A DNA stretch of 64,000 nucleotides from the human T2T-CHM13v2.0 reference genome, Homo sapiens (GCF_009914755.1 NC_060927.1), one strand, 5' to 3'. Counted from the stretch's first letter, positions 14,057-37,551 are shown. Translations and numbers: made by a program. Notes: generated from the letters alone by a model not told the origin.

Positions 14057-15254
14057 TTAATGGTAATATTTAGGTGAAGTATACGGGTGTCCACTGTACA
14101 ATTATTTCAGCATTTCTGTATGTTTGAACATTTTCAAAATAAAGTATTGGGAGGAAGTTACAAAGAAACAAGGATACTTTGAGACAAGAGAGAAGATGAA
14201 CAGACTTCGTCAACCCTCTTGGTTTGTTTAGGGCACACTTATGCAATTCTCTAGGGGTCTCTGCTTCTCTTTGCATTTTTAGAAGAAGACACAAATTTAG
14301 CCTGTGATTCATAAACTCCAACATGGCGAAGAATCATCTGTGAGATTAATTAAAAAGGAAGATTCTTGGAGATCTAGCCCCAAAGATTCTGAATGTAGAT
14401 GGGGCTTGGGAATATACTTTCGTAACAAGCTCTTCATGTGAATCTGGGAAGAAATCCATCCACATAGAGAAACACTGTTTTATAATGTGATAAAAGTGAA
14501 AGCCATTGTGTAGTAGACAGTAGACGTGCCATATTTTCTTTGCTCTGATTGATTTGGGGGTGCCTGGGATTTAGAGACTAATATTTCACCCAGGTAAAGA
14601 AATGGGCATCCCTTACATTTTCTTCATAAATTGAAAGACCAAATAAAAATGTTAGTGCTTCATGAGCAAATACTTGTATAGGAAACTCTTTTGATGGGCA
14701 TATTCACACAGAAAACTGTCACCCTCATTAATGAATAAAACAACTTGCAATAGTCAAATGGTGGGACTCACTATGTTGAAATGAGAAATCTTACGTATGG
14801 TGAAAAAAATACGACAAAAAGAAGAAAGGAAGATACACTAAATTTAGGTTTTAAAGAATATTCACTGTTCTCCTTTAAAATTAGATATTTAATTTTTTAA
14901 AAAAAGAAAGAAAAACATTCACAAGAAGAGAGAGCGATTGGGGAACATAATTTGATGGGACTTCAGCCATTCAAAAAATAATGTGGTAGTGTTGGAGGCT
15001 GTTGCAAGACCTTGGTTCTTGTCTTCTTAGTTTAAAAGAATTTAAACAAGAGACATACAGCAAAAGAGATGCAGCATAATTTATTGCAAAAGAAAAAAAA
15101 ATTTTGAAAGCTAAGTACAAAATAGACATCACACCCTGAGAGAGAGAGAGAATTCAGGGCAGGCTGCTCGTAAGGATGAGACAACATTGATTATTGCTGG
15201 AGGTTATTGCTAATCATGTATTATTTGCATGATTATTCATAAGGAGGTGGGAAG

Positions 15255-15355
15255 AAGTGTTACCGTTAGGTTCGTGCAAGAGTAATCGCGGTTTTGGCCA
15301 TTACTTTAAATGCAAAAACCACAATTACTTTTGCACCAACCTAGTAGTAAGCATC
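15255..15355 (-). ncRNA. MIR548AY: miR-548-family hairpin, probably MIR548AY
   Basis: Minus strand reads AAAAGUAAUUGUGGUUUUUGC (5p arm) and CAAAACCGCGAUUACUCUUGCA (3p arm), matching miR-548ay as I recall it. Precursor ends are approximate. Confidence 0.75.
15266..15344. mobile_element. MADE1 (Hsmar1-derived MITE) inside the LTR
   Basis: About 80-bp near-palindrome TTAGGTTCGTGCAAGAGTAATCGCGGTTTT...AAAACCACAATTACTTTTGCACCAACCTA matching the MADE1 consensus. Confidence 0.93.
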
Positions 15356-16607
15356 TTCTGGTTGGTCCTCTGGCTGCACATGTGCAGTAGCTGTGCACCC
15401 ATGTTCCTCCCTCAGGTGTCCCATTAGCATCGTAAATCTCCACCCAGGGGCATGTTTTTTGCTATTATAATGAGCAAAAGGTCAGTTTGAGGACAGGTAA
15501 AATCAAAGTGCTCATGCTCTCTATAGAAGAAATTTCCTACTGAAGATAGCTTTGCTCGACTGAGTTCAATCACAATTCAAATGCTGAGGCTTATTGTGTT
15601 GACTGTTGGGGTCACCACGGTTGCTGCGTCCTGAGGATATGGGCACTTCCTTGACTGCCTATCCTGCCTCAGTACTACTTTTTCAGTTCAGAGTTTAATT
15701 TTTTTCAGCAGTTCCTGCTAAACAATTTTTCACTGGCCCTCTTATCGGTATTAGCACAGTTAGGCAATACTGTGGATACAAAGTTAGATTATAGACGCTA
15801 TCCTACAATGATACCACAGTAATGTCCACAAAGAACTATGTTACAAAATAGAAAGAGATATGTGTTATAGAAGAGATACAAATTAAATATGTTGCTAATT
15901 CGGAGCAGAGAGAAATAACTTTCAGTTTAAAGGATCACTACAGTGGAGCTTCAAGATGGGGTTAAACTATACTTCGGTTTGGACATGCAGATACAGGGCA
16001 GAAAGTATTCAGGCAGTAGGGTGGTATGAAGGAAGGCAAAGAAAGTGTGCATAGGCACAGTGAATGAAGGGAGCAGGAAAGGACAGAGTAGTTAAGGAAT
16101 ATAAGCTCGAGATCAAATTTTGGAAGGCTTTGAAAATCAAGCTAAGGAACTGGGCCTTTCCATTATTGTTGGGTAATGAAGAACCCCCAACGAGTTTTAG
16201 GAAGGGGAGTGAAATGATCGGAGCTTTTCCTTGGGGATATTTTTCTAGTAGCCTTGAGCGCAGTGGTTACAGAGATCCAAGTAAGGGCTATTGTAAAAGT
16301 TCAGGAGAGAGGGAATAGAAGCTTAAACTCTGACGTTAATCATGGGGATGGCACCAAGAGAACCTTGGAGGTAAAACCAGTGAGATTTGAGGACTGATTT
16401 GTTTAGAGAGTAAGAAAGGAACTGGAGCAGGTGCCAATATTTCAAGTCTGGGTAACAAGGAGATTGAGGGAGAATAATAACAGAGAGGTAATATAGGAGG
16501 CAGTAACTCTTATTGATGTCAAAGTACAAATTTCAAAAAATTAAAAAGATAACTTTCATACAAGCATATAGTAAGCCTGCTTCAAAGATTTATCTAATTT
16601 ATTAATA

Positions 16608-17342
<735 letters not shown>

Positions 17343-17406
17343 CAACCTAATTTATTAGTTAAGTAATCAGAAGAATGTAAAACTGGTTTATAGGCGGTTA
17401 TGAGAG

Positions 17407-17408
<2 letters not shown>

Positions 17409-17450
<42 letters not shown>
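17409..17450. repeat. (GT)n microsatellite, ~21 units
   Basis: Read directly. Confidence 0.97.
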
Positions 17451-17452
<2 letters not shown>

Positions 17453-17743
17453 TCAGTGAAAGAAAAAAAATAATGCTAAGATAAGATTGCTAGGTTAAAT
17501 CCAAAACTGGTTTATGGTTTACCGGAAAATAAAATTGTTATCTTTGTGATGAACTCTAACACAGATAAATCATTTTTATCTCCCTCTAACAAAAATAATT
17601 TGCAATTTACCAATTTTCTATAATTAATACCTTAATTATGGAATCTGGGCCCAACTCAGTAATAAATACTAACTCAAAGAAAATTGTCTTTCCCTAGACG
17701 ATCAGATGACCCTTAGGAGGGTTTTGTAGACCATGCTCTAGTC

Positions 17744-18280
<537 letters not shown>

Positions 18281-18288
18281 CTCTAGTT

Positions 18289-18484
18289 CAGTAGTTCTCA
18301 AACTTAAGTGATCATGAGAATCCCCCGGAAGGCTTGTTAAACCACAGATTGCTGGATCCAACTTCCAGAGTTTCAGACTCAGTAGATCTTGGGTGGAACC
18401 TGAAAATTTGCACTCCTAACAAGTTCCCAGGTGATGATGATGCTGCTGGTCTAGGGACCACACTCCACACTTTGAGAACTACTG
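18289..18484. mobile_element. MER5A hAT MITE
   Basis: CAGTAGTTCTCAAA...TTTGAGAACTACTG terminal inverted repeats. Confidence 0.88.
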
Positions 18485-18651
18485 TGCTAATATGACATTG
18501 AAAGGGCACTTGGTAATCCTTATTTCCAGGTTTTGGGTCATTTGTTCCAACAAAGGGAAGATGAAGAACTCAGATTAGGGCACACTGAGATTGAGGTGCC
18601 AGAGGGCATCAAGCGGAGTTTGTGGTAAATAGTTTCAAATTTGGATCTGGA

Positions 18652-18867
18652 GGCTGGGCGCGGTGGCTCACACCTGTAATGCGAGCACTTTGGGAGGCCG
18701 ATATGGGCCAATGACTTGAGGCTAGGAGTTCAAGACCAGCCCAGCCAACATGGTGAAACCCTGTCTCTACTAAAAATACAAAAATCAGTCGGGCGTAGTG
18801 GCGCATGACTGTAATCCCAGCTACTCGGGAGGCTGAGGCACCAGCTCTGTTTAAAAAAAAAAAAAAA
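18652..18867 (+). mobile_element. Alu with deleted right-arm 3' part
   Basis: GGCTGAGGCA joined almost directly to the tail; TSD GGATCTGGAG. Confidence 0.88.
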
Positions 18868-20276
18868 GGATCTGGAGCATTGGAGGAAATAAAGCATTTG
18901 GGAAATACTCATAGAACTAAATAGTTACAGTCATAAAAGTGCTAAGGGGATGAACTTATAGGAAGAAGAGGATTTAGGCCAGAACTTTGGAAGGAGTAGG
19001 AAAGAAGGTGAAGAAGAGCCAAGAAAATAAAGCAGTGGTTAAAGAGCGGGAAGAGACAAGAGCAGTGATGTGAAGGCAAAGAAGAGTCTTAAATTGTACG
19101 AATATTTCCAAATTCCACAAAGTGTCCAAGAATGCCAGATAAGCAAGAACTTTGGATCAGAGATCTCCTAGGAGAGACAGCTTATCAAAGTTCCTCTCCC
19201 AACAAAACTAGACTAGAGAATAAGCAAGTAACATCATCAACCTCCACATTTTCTTTACACCAGCAGAGGGCCGCAAAGGCAAAGGAATGCTAAGGCTTCT
19301 GCACTCACCAGTGCAGGGTTAGTTCTTAGGTGTCATTAGGGGAAAAGATTGTGTGTCACTTAACCTCCTTGCTTCCATCATTATTTGGTTATTTTAGTCC
19401 AGGACAGTTTGACCACGTGAGTGAGGGATGTGATAAAGAAAGGAAGGAGCTTCTGAGTGCCTGGGGAAGGGAAAGGGTGGGGTCCAATTTGGAATTTGGA
19501 TTGCAGGGAGACCCTGTCATCCCCAGGCAGCCCTAACACAAAGTCTAACCTCATAATGAGTGCCATTGCAGGTCATACAATCAATCTTACAGGTTTTGTC
19601 TTCATTATTGATTAAATTTTATTTTTTGAAAATATGAAACATTGATAAAGGTTTCAAAAGTAGAAACATACAAAAAGGTTCACTTAGAGAAATGTCACTC
19701 AGTCTCTATGCCTTCCACCTGATTCCCACCCACCCCTCCACTGTAAGTAACAAATTTTGTTAGTTTCTGGTTATCTTTCCTGTGTTTCTTTAGTGGAAAG
19801 GGACAGATACAGATGGGTATGTGTGTTACATATATATTAGTACTTTTTATTTTCATTTATCAATACATCCTAGAAGTTACTCTATATCAGTTCATAGAAA
19901 TCAATTTCATTTGAAAAAAATTGTAGTTACTCCATCATGCAGCTATGTCACAGTTTATTTAGCCAGTTTCCTATCCATACGCATTTAGGTTGTTCCCACT
20001 ATTTTGCAATTACAAATGGTGAATAAATCTGTGAATGTTACTTTTATATTGTGAATAATACTTTTGTATTACTTTTGTATCTTTAGGGTCAGTTCCTAGG
20101 CATGTGATTACTGAGTAGGCATATGCAATTTTGTTAAACTGCAAATTTCATTCACTAGAGGCTATATACTATTTGGCACTCCCTCGAGCAGTGAAGGAGT
20201 GCATGTATTTCTCCATTGCCTCTCCAACACTGTGGTCAAGCCTTTGAATTTTTTTCATTCTGATAGGGAGAAATAA

Positions 20277-21155
<879 letters not shown>

Positions 21156-21169
21156 TACACCACCAGGGG

Positions 21170-22978
<1,809 letters not shown>

Positions 22979-24393
22979 TATTTAAGTTTTAAAAAATATT
23001 CCTAACCCAAGATAAGATGGAAAAGAGTTGTTACCAACTAATTCTAAAAAGACTGTGGTGATATAGTGTGACCAAATGTGTATATGTGTTTATAATTCTC
23101 TCCCTCTCTGTCTCTCTCTCTCTCTCGTGCTCTGTGTGTGTGTATCCCTAATTTCTCAAAGTATTTTGTGTGTGTGTATCTGCAATTTCTCAAAGTATGA
23201 CTATTGCCATCTACTCTCTATCTTCAGCTGATTGAGAAATACGTTAAAAATTTTTTTAAGTCTAGCCAAGTAAAATAGAGATATCTTTTAAAATATCCTT
23301 GAATTCCAAGCACCTCTTCACATTAATAACCACATATTTTTAATTATATGTATGGATTACAATTTGGTAAATTAGTAAAACCAAAAGTTGCTGGTGTTCG
23401 TTCCTGCCATGTCCCTGTTACTTAAGAGAATACAGTGTCAGCTATTCCTGACATTTCCTGGTATAAGATGCCCAAGAAATTACTAGGCAATGAACATAAA
23501 CACTTCTTCATTTTTCTTTTAAACATTGTTCCTATTTGACACAAGAATTGTCCAAATGTTTTAAATAATTCCTCATATAAGCCAATTTTGCTACCTGCTG
23601 CCTTAAACTATAATAGATGAAGTTTCTTAACATAATAGTCATGATTTTCCTCAACCAAACCACACCCCTATAATCAGTTTAGAATTATACTTCGGGATGT
23701 TTCCAAATAAGGTATTCATATGTCTTAGCCATTTACTAGGCCACGTGGCTCAAGAAAGAAGAGGTGAGAATTCTAGCAAATTATCCTATACTATACATAG
23801 CTTGAATTTCTCCCTAGGGTTTATTAAAGTTTAACCTATTATAATGAAATATTCACTCATTTTTCCTATAATTTTATAAAATGATAATGATCACAGGATA
23901 AGTCTTATACATTCAGCAGGAATTGGCTGGCATCATTTTCTACAATCTTATTTCAGCATGGGGAACATCTATTTAGTAAAAACATTAGTAACTGTTACAT
24001 GAAGGAAGAACTCCCATATTCTGGGATTCTGCCAGTTTAGACAGCTAGTAATTTCTGTCTAAATGAAAGCCCCCAAGTGAGAAAACTATAGTGGATATTA
24101 CCATTTGGTTCATTATTCAGTTCCATGAGGGGATTTATAAAGTGACATTTGATCATTCTACAGAAACAAATTTGACAGGTACTACAGCAATCTTACATGA
24201 ACTCTTTACAAAGAACACAAACAGAATTGTTTTATGAAGTCAACATAATATTGATAAAAAACACTGACAAAAACATTAGGGGAAATGAAAATTACAGGTT
24301 AGGCTTTCTCAGGAGCATAATGCAAAATTCTAAAAAAAGTTAGCAAATCAAAATCAGGAATACAATACAACTAATATATTAAGATCAGCATAG

Positions 24394-24726
<333 letters not shown>

Positions 24727-24749
24727 TTAATATTTTAAAAGGTAATGTA

Positions 24750-25028
24750 GGCCGGGAGCGGTGGCTCACGCCTGTAATCCCAGCACTTTGGGAGGCCGAG
24801 GCAGGCGGATCACGAGGTCAGAAGATCGAGACCATCCTGGCTAACACGGTAAAACCCGGTCTTTACTAAAAATACAAAAAATTAGCCGGGCATGGGGGCG
24901 GGTGTCTGTGGTCCCAGCTGCCGGGAGGCTGAGGCAGGAGAATGGTGTGAACCCGGGAGGCGGAGCTTGCAGTGAGCCGAGATAGCAACACTGCCCTCCA
25001 GTCTGGGGGACAGAGGGAGACTCCATCT

Positions 25029-25059
<31 letters not shown>
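24750..25059 (+). mobile_element. AluY
   Basis: Y diagnostics, long A tail. Confidence 0.93.
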
Positions 25060-25061
<2 letters not shown>

Positions 25062-25105
25062 TAAGGTACTCATACCATTAATAGAAAAAAAGAAAATAAT
25101 CTCTA

Positions 25106-25723
<618 letters not shown>

Positions 25724-25828
25724 TTACAAAGGAAGAGATAAAAGTCATTATTTGCAGATTACATAACTACAGGTAGAAAAATCCAAAATAAATTACAGGC
25801 GAACCATTACATTAATAAATGAAGAGGT

Positions 25829-27285
<1,457 letters not shown>

Positions 27286-27526
27286 TCAAATTGTGACCAA
27301 GATAGCACTGCAGAATGGTAAAGAAAGGATGGTTTTTTTGGTTTTTTTTTTTTCTAACAGTGGCATTGGATTAAATGAACATTTGCATTTTAAGAATGAA
27401 TGTTGTCCCCTATTTCACACTATGCATAGAAATCAATTCCAAGTGGATTGTAGAAATGTGAAACAATAAAGCTCATAGAAAAATGAAATCATAGAATATC
27501 TTTATGACTTTGGGGCTAGCAAAGGC

Positions 27527-27828
27527 CTTTTTTTTTTTTTGAGACAGGATCTTGCTCTGTTGTCCTGGCTGCACTGCAGTGGCGTGAACATGGCTCACTG
27601 CAACCTCTACTTCCTGGGCTCAAGTGATCCTCCTTGTAGCCTCCAGAGTAGCTGGGACTACAGGCTCATGCCACCATGCCCAGTTAATTTTTAAATTTTT
27701 GGTAGAGATGAGGTCTCACTGTATTGCCCAGGCTGGTCTCAAACTCCTTGGCTCAAGTTGGCTCAAGTGATCTTCCCACCTTGGCCTCCCAAAGTGCTGG
27801 GACTATGGTGTAAGCCACCATGCCCAGC
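27527..27828 (-). mobile_element. Alu (AluJ-like)
   Basis: Antisense dimer. Confidence 0.9.
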
Positions 27829-28029
27829 TGGCAAAGACTTCTTAAAAACAGGTTATGAAAGCAATAACCATAAAGAAAAGCTGATAAATTGAGCTATATT
27901 GAAATCAGTAGCTTGTATTCATCAAAAGACACCAATAAGAGTGAAAAGGGAAACCACAGAGTAGAAAAAGATATTTGCAATACATACCTGACTGGAAGCA
28001 GTATTCTGAATATGTAAAGAATGAGACAA

Positions 28030-28834
<805 letters not shown>

Positions 28835-28996
28835 TTAACTTCATTAGTTATCAAGGAAACACAATTTAAACCACAAGATCCTACCATACATCTGCAGAAT
28901 GTCTAAAACTGCAGACAGTCAATAGTTTGTGTAGACAAGGATGTGGAGCAACTGCAACTCTCATGTTGCTGGTAAGTCATGGAAATTCTTTTTTAA

Positions 28997-29321
<325 letters not shown>

Positions 29322-30200
29322 CAAAATTCACCCTTTTGAAGTGTACAAGTCAGTAGTTTTTAGTATATTCACAAGATTGTGCGACTACCACCACTATGTA
29401 ATTCTAGAGTACTTTCCTTACCCCCCAAATAAACCCCACTAGCAGCCACTCCTCATTTCCTCCTTCCTCTACCTTCTAGCAACCCACTAATCTACTTTCT
29501 GTCTCAGCAGATTTGCTGTTCTAGATATTTCACATAAATGAAATCACACAATATGGCTTTTTGTGACTAGCTTCTTTGACTTAACATGTTTTCAGGGTTC
29601 ATTCATGTTGTAGCATACATCAACACTCCATTTCTTTTCATGGCTGAATAATATTTTATTGTATGGATATGTCATTTCATTTATCTGTCTGTCTGTTGAT
29701 AGATGTTTGGGTTGCTTCTGCCTTTTGGCTATTATGAATAATGCTGCTGTACACATTTGTATACAAGTTTCTGTGAGGACATATGTTCTCATTTGTGATT
29801 AGTATAAACCTTGACATGGAATGGCTGGGTCATATGGTAACATTTAACCTTATGAAGAACCACTAAACTGTTTCCCAAAGCAGTTGCACCACTTTACACT
29901 CCCACCAGCAATGGATGGGGGTTCCAGTTTCTTCAAGTCCTCACCAACACTTATTATTTTAGCCATCCTAGTGGTTGTGAAGTGGTATCTTATTGTGTTT
30001 TTTATTTTCATATTCCCAATAACTAAAGATGTTAAGTATCTTTTCATACGCTTATTTTGCATTTTTATAACTTCTTTGGAGAAGTGCCTCTTCAAATCCC
30101 TTGCCCATCTTTAAATTGGGCTATCTTGTTATTGAATTGTAAGAGTTCTTTATATATTCTGGATACTGGGCCTTTCTCAGATCTATGATTGCAAATATTT
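29322..30200 (-). mobile_element. L1MB-like 3' fragment (antisense)
   Basis: ORF 29850..30095 (MKRHFSKE...[12 protein letters not shown]) is the L1 ORF2 C-terminus. Confidence 0.85.
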
Positions 30201-30535
30201 CCCCCCAAGAATGGGAATTCTTAAAACCACTTTGGAAAAACTTTGGCTTTATCTGCTAAGGTTGAAAACATATATAACCTATGGACCCAATAATCCACTC
30301 CTGCATAAACACCCAACAGAAATGAAAACACGTTTTCCATCAAACATATTCAACAGTGTTTACAACAGCATCATTCGTAATAACAATTGAAAGACTGAAA
30401 ATCACCCAGACATCCTGTGGTTAGGCTGAGTAACAGTGCCCCCAAAAATGTCCACATTCAAATCCCTGGAACCTGCAAATTTTACCTGACTTGGCAGAGA
30501 CTTTGCAGATATGACTGAGGATCTTGAGGGGGGTA

Positions 30536-32660
<2,125 letters not shown>

Positions 32661-32853
32661 GGAGAGTATACGGAATTATTCAGGGGGGGCCAATTTAATC
32701 ACTTCAGTCCTTACAACAGGGAGGCAGGGAGGTCAGAATGAAAGTGATGTGATGGATGCAGAGTTGAAGATGCTAGGCTGCTGGCTTTGGAGAAGGGGCC
32801 AAGAGCCAAAGAATGCAGGCAGCTTCTAGATGCCAGAAAGACAACAGATACTT

Positions 32854-33229
<376 letters not shown>

Positions 33230-33747
33230 TCATTTTAACCAGGTGAGGCTTATTTTGGAATTTTAACCTCCAGCATGGTAAAATAATAAATTTGTAAGGT
33301 TTTAAGCAACCAAATCTGTGGTAATTTCCTGCAGTAACAGGAAATTAATACATACACATCTATAGCATAATAGATACTATATTTGCACAATGGAATAATA
33401 TACTGCAGTAACTATTGATAAATGCAACAAAATGGATGAACCACAAACCTGATATTGAAAGATACCTGGCACTAAAATAATATTAACTCTGTAAGATTCA
33501 ATTTTTATAAAGCTTAAAAATAAGCCAAACTTATCTGCATATTTGTAAGTTACGCAGTGGTTACTTGGTGGGTGGGGATACTGATTGAGGGGGCACACTC
33601 GAAGCTTCTGTAAGTGCTGGGTAATGTTCTGTTGCTTATTTTGGTGCTGGTTATATGTGGTCACTTTGTGATACTTCAAACCATACACTTGTACATTTTT
33701 TCTGTATTGTATACTTCAATAAAGTTTGCTTAAAAACAAAGTTTTAA

Positions 33748-34066
<319 letters not shown>

Positions 34067-34542
34067 AGCTTTCAGATTTAAACATGATCTATGCAAGGTC
34101 TTAAGATTAAACTAAATCCCAGAGTGAACAATTACAGTAAACTGAAGTAACAACTCAATTAATTTCAAGGATTTTCTAGTACACATTCAATGTCTCACAC
34201 ACACAGAATGAGTTGGTTTATGCATGCAAACAAGGTAGCAGATATATCCAAGTACACCAAATACTGTCAGCAGTTTTCCTTTTTCCATTAGTTCCACTTA
34301 CTTCATCGAGTACTGATTTAGAGAGAATCTACACCACCCTTTTTGCAGAACCCTTTCTGGACTAAAGATTTTATCACTGGCATTGTTTATCTCAAATATT
34401 TTATCAGATAAAATGTTTTCATAAATTTTTGTATGCCCATGAACACCATTTTATCCTCATATACATGCACGTGTGTATTCGTTTATCTCTTAGGTCAGAA
34501 AGCTTAATAATTATATTATTAATTAGGTCGAAAATTTTAAAT

Positions 34543-34860
34543 TAGTCAGCCCTCTGTATCCGTGGGTTCCATATCCATGGATTGAACCAATCACAGAAGG
34601 AAAATATTTGAAAAAAAAGTTGCATCTAAACAGGCACTTTTTTTGTTATTTTCCTCTGAACAATACAGTATAAGTATATACATAGCATTTACAGTGAATT
34701 AGGTATTATCATCTAGAGATGATTTAAAGTAAACAGGAGGATGTGAATGTTATATGCAAATACTACACCATTTTATATCTGGGACTTGGGCATCTGTAGA
34801 TTTTGGTACCTGAGGCAGGTCCTGGAACCAATCCCTCATGGATACCAAGGGATGACTGTA
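34543..34860. mobile_element. MER2 (Tigger family) element
   Basis: AGTCAGCCCTCTGTATCC...GGATACCAAGGGATGACTGTA terminal inverted repeats. Confidence 0.85.
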
Positions 34861-34951
34861 CTAATGAATCTCATTTATTAGCTGACACATGTAAATTTAA
34901 ACATAAGAGAATGCAACAAGTTATTTGAACCTGAATGCAGAGAATAAATAC

Positions 34952-34957
34952 TTTATT
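34952..34957 (-). terminator. DYNC1LI1: Poly(A) signal AATAAA, probable main DYNC1LI1 site
   Basis: TTTATT on plus, followed on minus by U/GU-rich sequence. Confidence 0.65.
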
Positions 34958-35603
34958 AACTGATTACAGTTGAAAGTCACAAACAAAAAAGGGGGTATAT
35001 TAAGGCAAAGCCATATATATATATATATATGTATAGACAAATCCAAAGATTGTTACTTCTTTACATTTTAATAACCTCTGCATTTTTCTTTTACACATTT
35101 AGGCAGTGTGCTTTCTTTTCTCCTCAGTTAAAGCAACACCTTGGCCAATATTTCTAAATCATATTTTGATGACAACTTACAGGATCAGTGATTGAGACAA
35201 TGACTAGTGTATCAAACGCTATCTGATAGTTTTCTTAGCATATTCCGTGTGTGGTGGTACATTTATTGTGGTGTGCAAAATCTGACAACTGACGATTTTT
35301 CTCTGTCAGCAAAACTAACAAATTTTTAAAAATGATTTTAATAGTTATAACTAAAATAAGCTTAGACTTCCAAGTCAGTCAAATGCCCAAACTGCATGTT
35401 TTCTGCCGTTCCCCAAATCCTTTTACATGTTTTAAATAGCCTTTAGAATATGATCGATCACATGGCTGTATTTCAGATCTAAAAGTTTTGAGATTTTCAA
35501 AATCAAAAATTACTTTCTTATGCAAAATGGCAATGCAAACAGCAATCCTACATAATGTAGAATAATTTTTCTTCTGTACGGCTCCTTCTAAAAAATGGGT
35601 AAC

Positions 35604-35630
35604 CACACACACACACACACACACACACAC
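35604..35630. repeat. (CA)n microsatellite in the DYNC1LI1 3' UTR ((UG)n in the mRNA)
   Basis: Read directly. Confidence 0.95.
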
Positions 35631-35750
35631 GACATAAATTTAGTCCATCTGAAGAAGCACTCCAGCTTTCTAATTCCACTTTTGAAGGAAAAGGCAGAGG
35701 CATGTTTACATTATCCCAGAAAACAGAATAAATGGCTTTATTTGGTATCT

Positions 35751-35860
35751 TCAAGAAGCTTCTCCTTCCGTAGGAGATGTAGGTGTTGTGGGAGAAACTG
35801 TAACTGGTTTTCGTGTAATTCTGTCTAGTTCTGCATGAACATCTAAGACAGGCTTCTGGC
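35751..35860 (-). CDS. DYNC1LI1: DYNC1LI1 exon 13 CDS (110 nt): (G)QKPVLDVHAELDRITRKPVTVSPTTPTSPTEGEAS*
   Basis: Acceptor aatgtag at 35861-35862; LIC1 C-terminus; stop TGA. Confidence 0.96.
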
Positions 35861-36012
35861 CTACATTGAAGAAAAAGAAAAAAAACAAGATTTAGATATA
35901 AGTGAAAGTATCGTTTTCACCAATATCTCTTCATTTAAAAAGTCCTAACACTTTCATTAACTTTATTTAGCACACTAAGTTATACAAACAACACTTAATT
36001 TAAAAATTTCAA

Positions 36013-37096
<1,084 letters not shown>

Positions 37097-37395
37097 AATG
37101 AAATATTGATACATATTACAACATGTATGACCTTCAAAAACATTTGTTAAAGCCATACATTGTATGACTCCATTTACATGAAATGTCCAGATAGACAAAT
37201 CCACAGAGGAAAGAGAGAAGGTTCAAGGTTTCTTTTGGGGAGATAAAAATGTTCTAAAATCAGATTATGGTGATGGCCTGCCCAACTTAGCAAAGATACC
37301 AAAACCACAGAATTATACACTTTACATGAGTGAACTTCATTATATCTCAAAAAAGCTGTTATTTTAAACAAGTGACTTGCTTCCCATAAGCATAC

Positions 37396-37551
37396 CTGAC
37401 TTTTTGGTGGATGGTGGTAAACCACTGCTTCCACCTCCAGCCCCACCTGCAGGGCTACCACCACTCACACCAGGGCCTCCTGGAGAGCCAGTCTTTTTAC
37501 TCAACAAACTGTTGAAGAAATTTGCCAGAACGCCTTCACTTGTAGCTCCAG
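37396..37551 (-). CDS. DYNC1LI1: DYNC1LI1 exon 12 (156 nt): (A)[25 protein letters not shown]...STKKS, adaptor-binding helix-1
   Basis: AG and GTATG boundaries; conserved LANFFNSLL motif. Confidence 0.96.

Larger units (their letters stand above)
14990..15671 (-). mobile_element. ERV1-class (MER4-group-like) solo LTR
   Basis: TG...CA termini (minus strand starts TGAGGCAGGATAGG). Imperfect 4-bp TSD GTAG/GTAC. AATAAA on minus near 15080. Subfamily not determined. Confidence 0.75.
34930..35750 (-). other. DYNC1LI1: DYNC1LI1 3' UTR (3' end approximate)
   Basis: Follows TGA at 35753-35751. AU-rich; bounded by AATAAA at 34957-34952 and a MER2 element beyond it. Confidence 0.8.

Noticed and set aside
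23133-23198. Short repeat-spacer-like duplications (also 1651, 21963, 54168) as a CRISPR-like array
   Set aside because: Only two copies each, no unique spacers, eukaryotic context; ordinary local duplications.
29592-30095. ORFs with ORF2p-like peptides as an active L1
   Set aside because: Short, stop-riddled 3' fragment of an ancient L1M.
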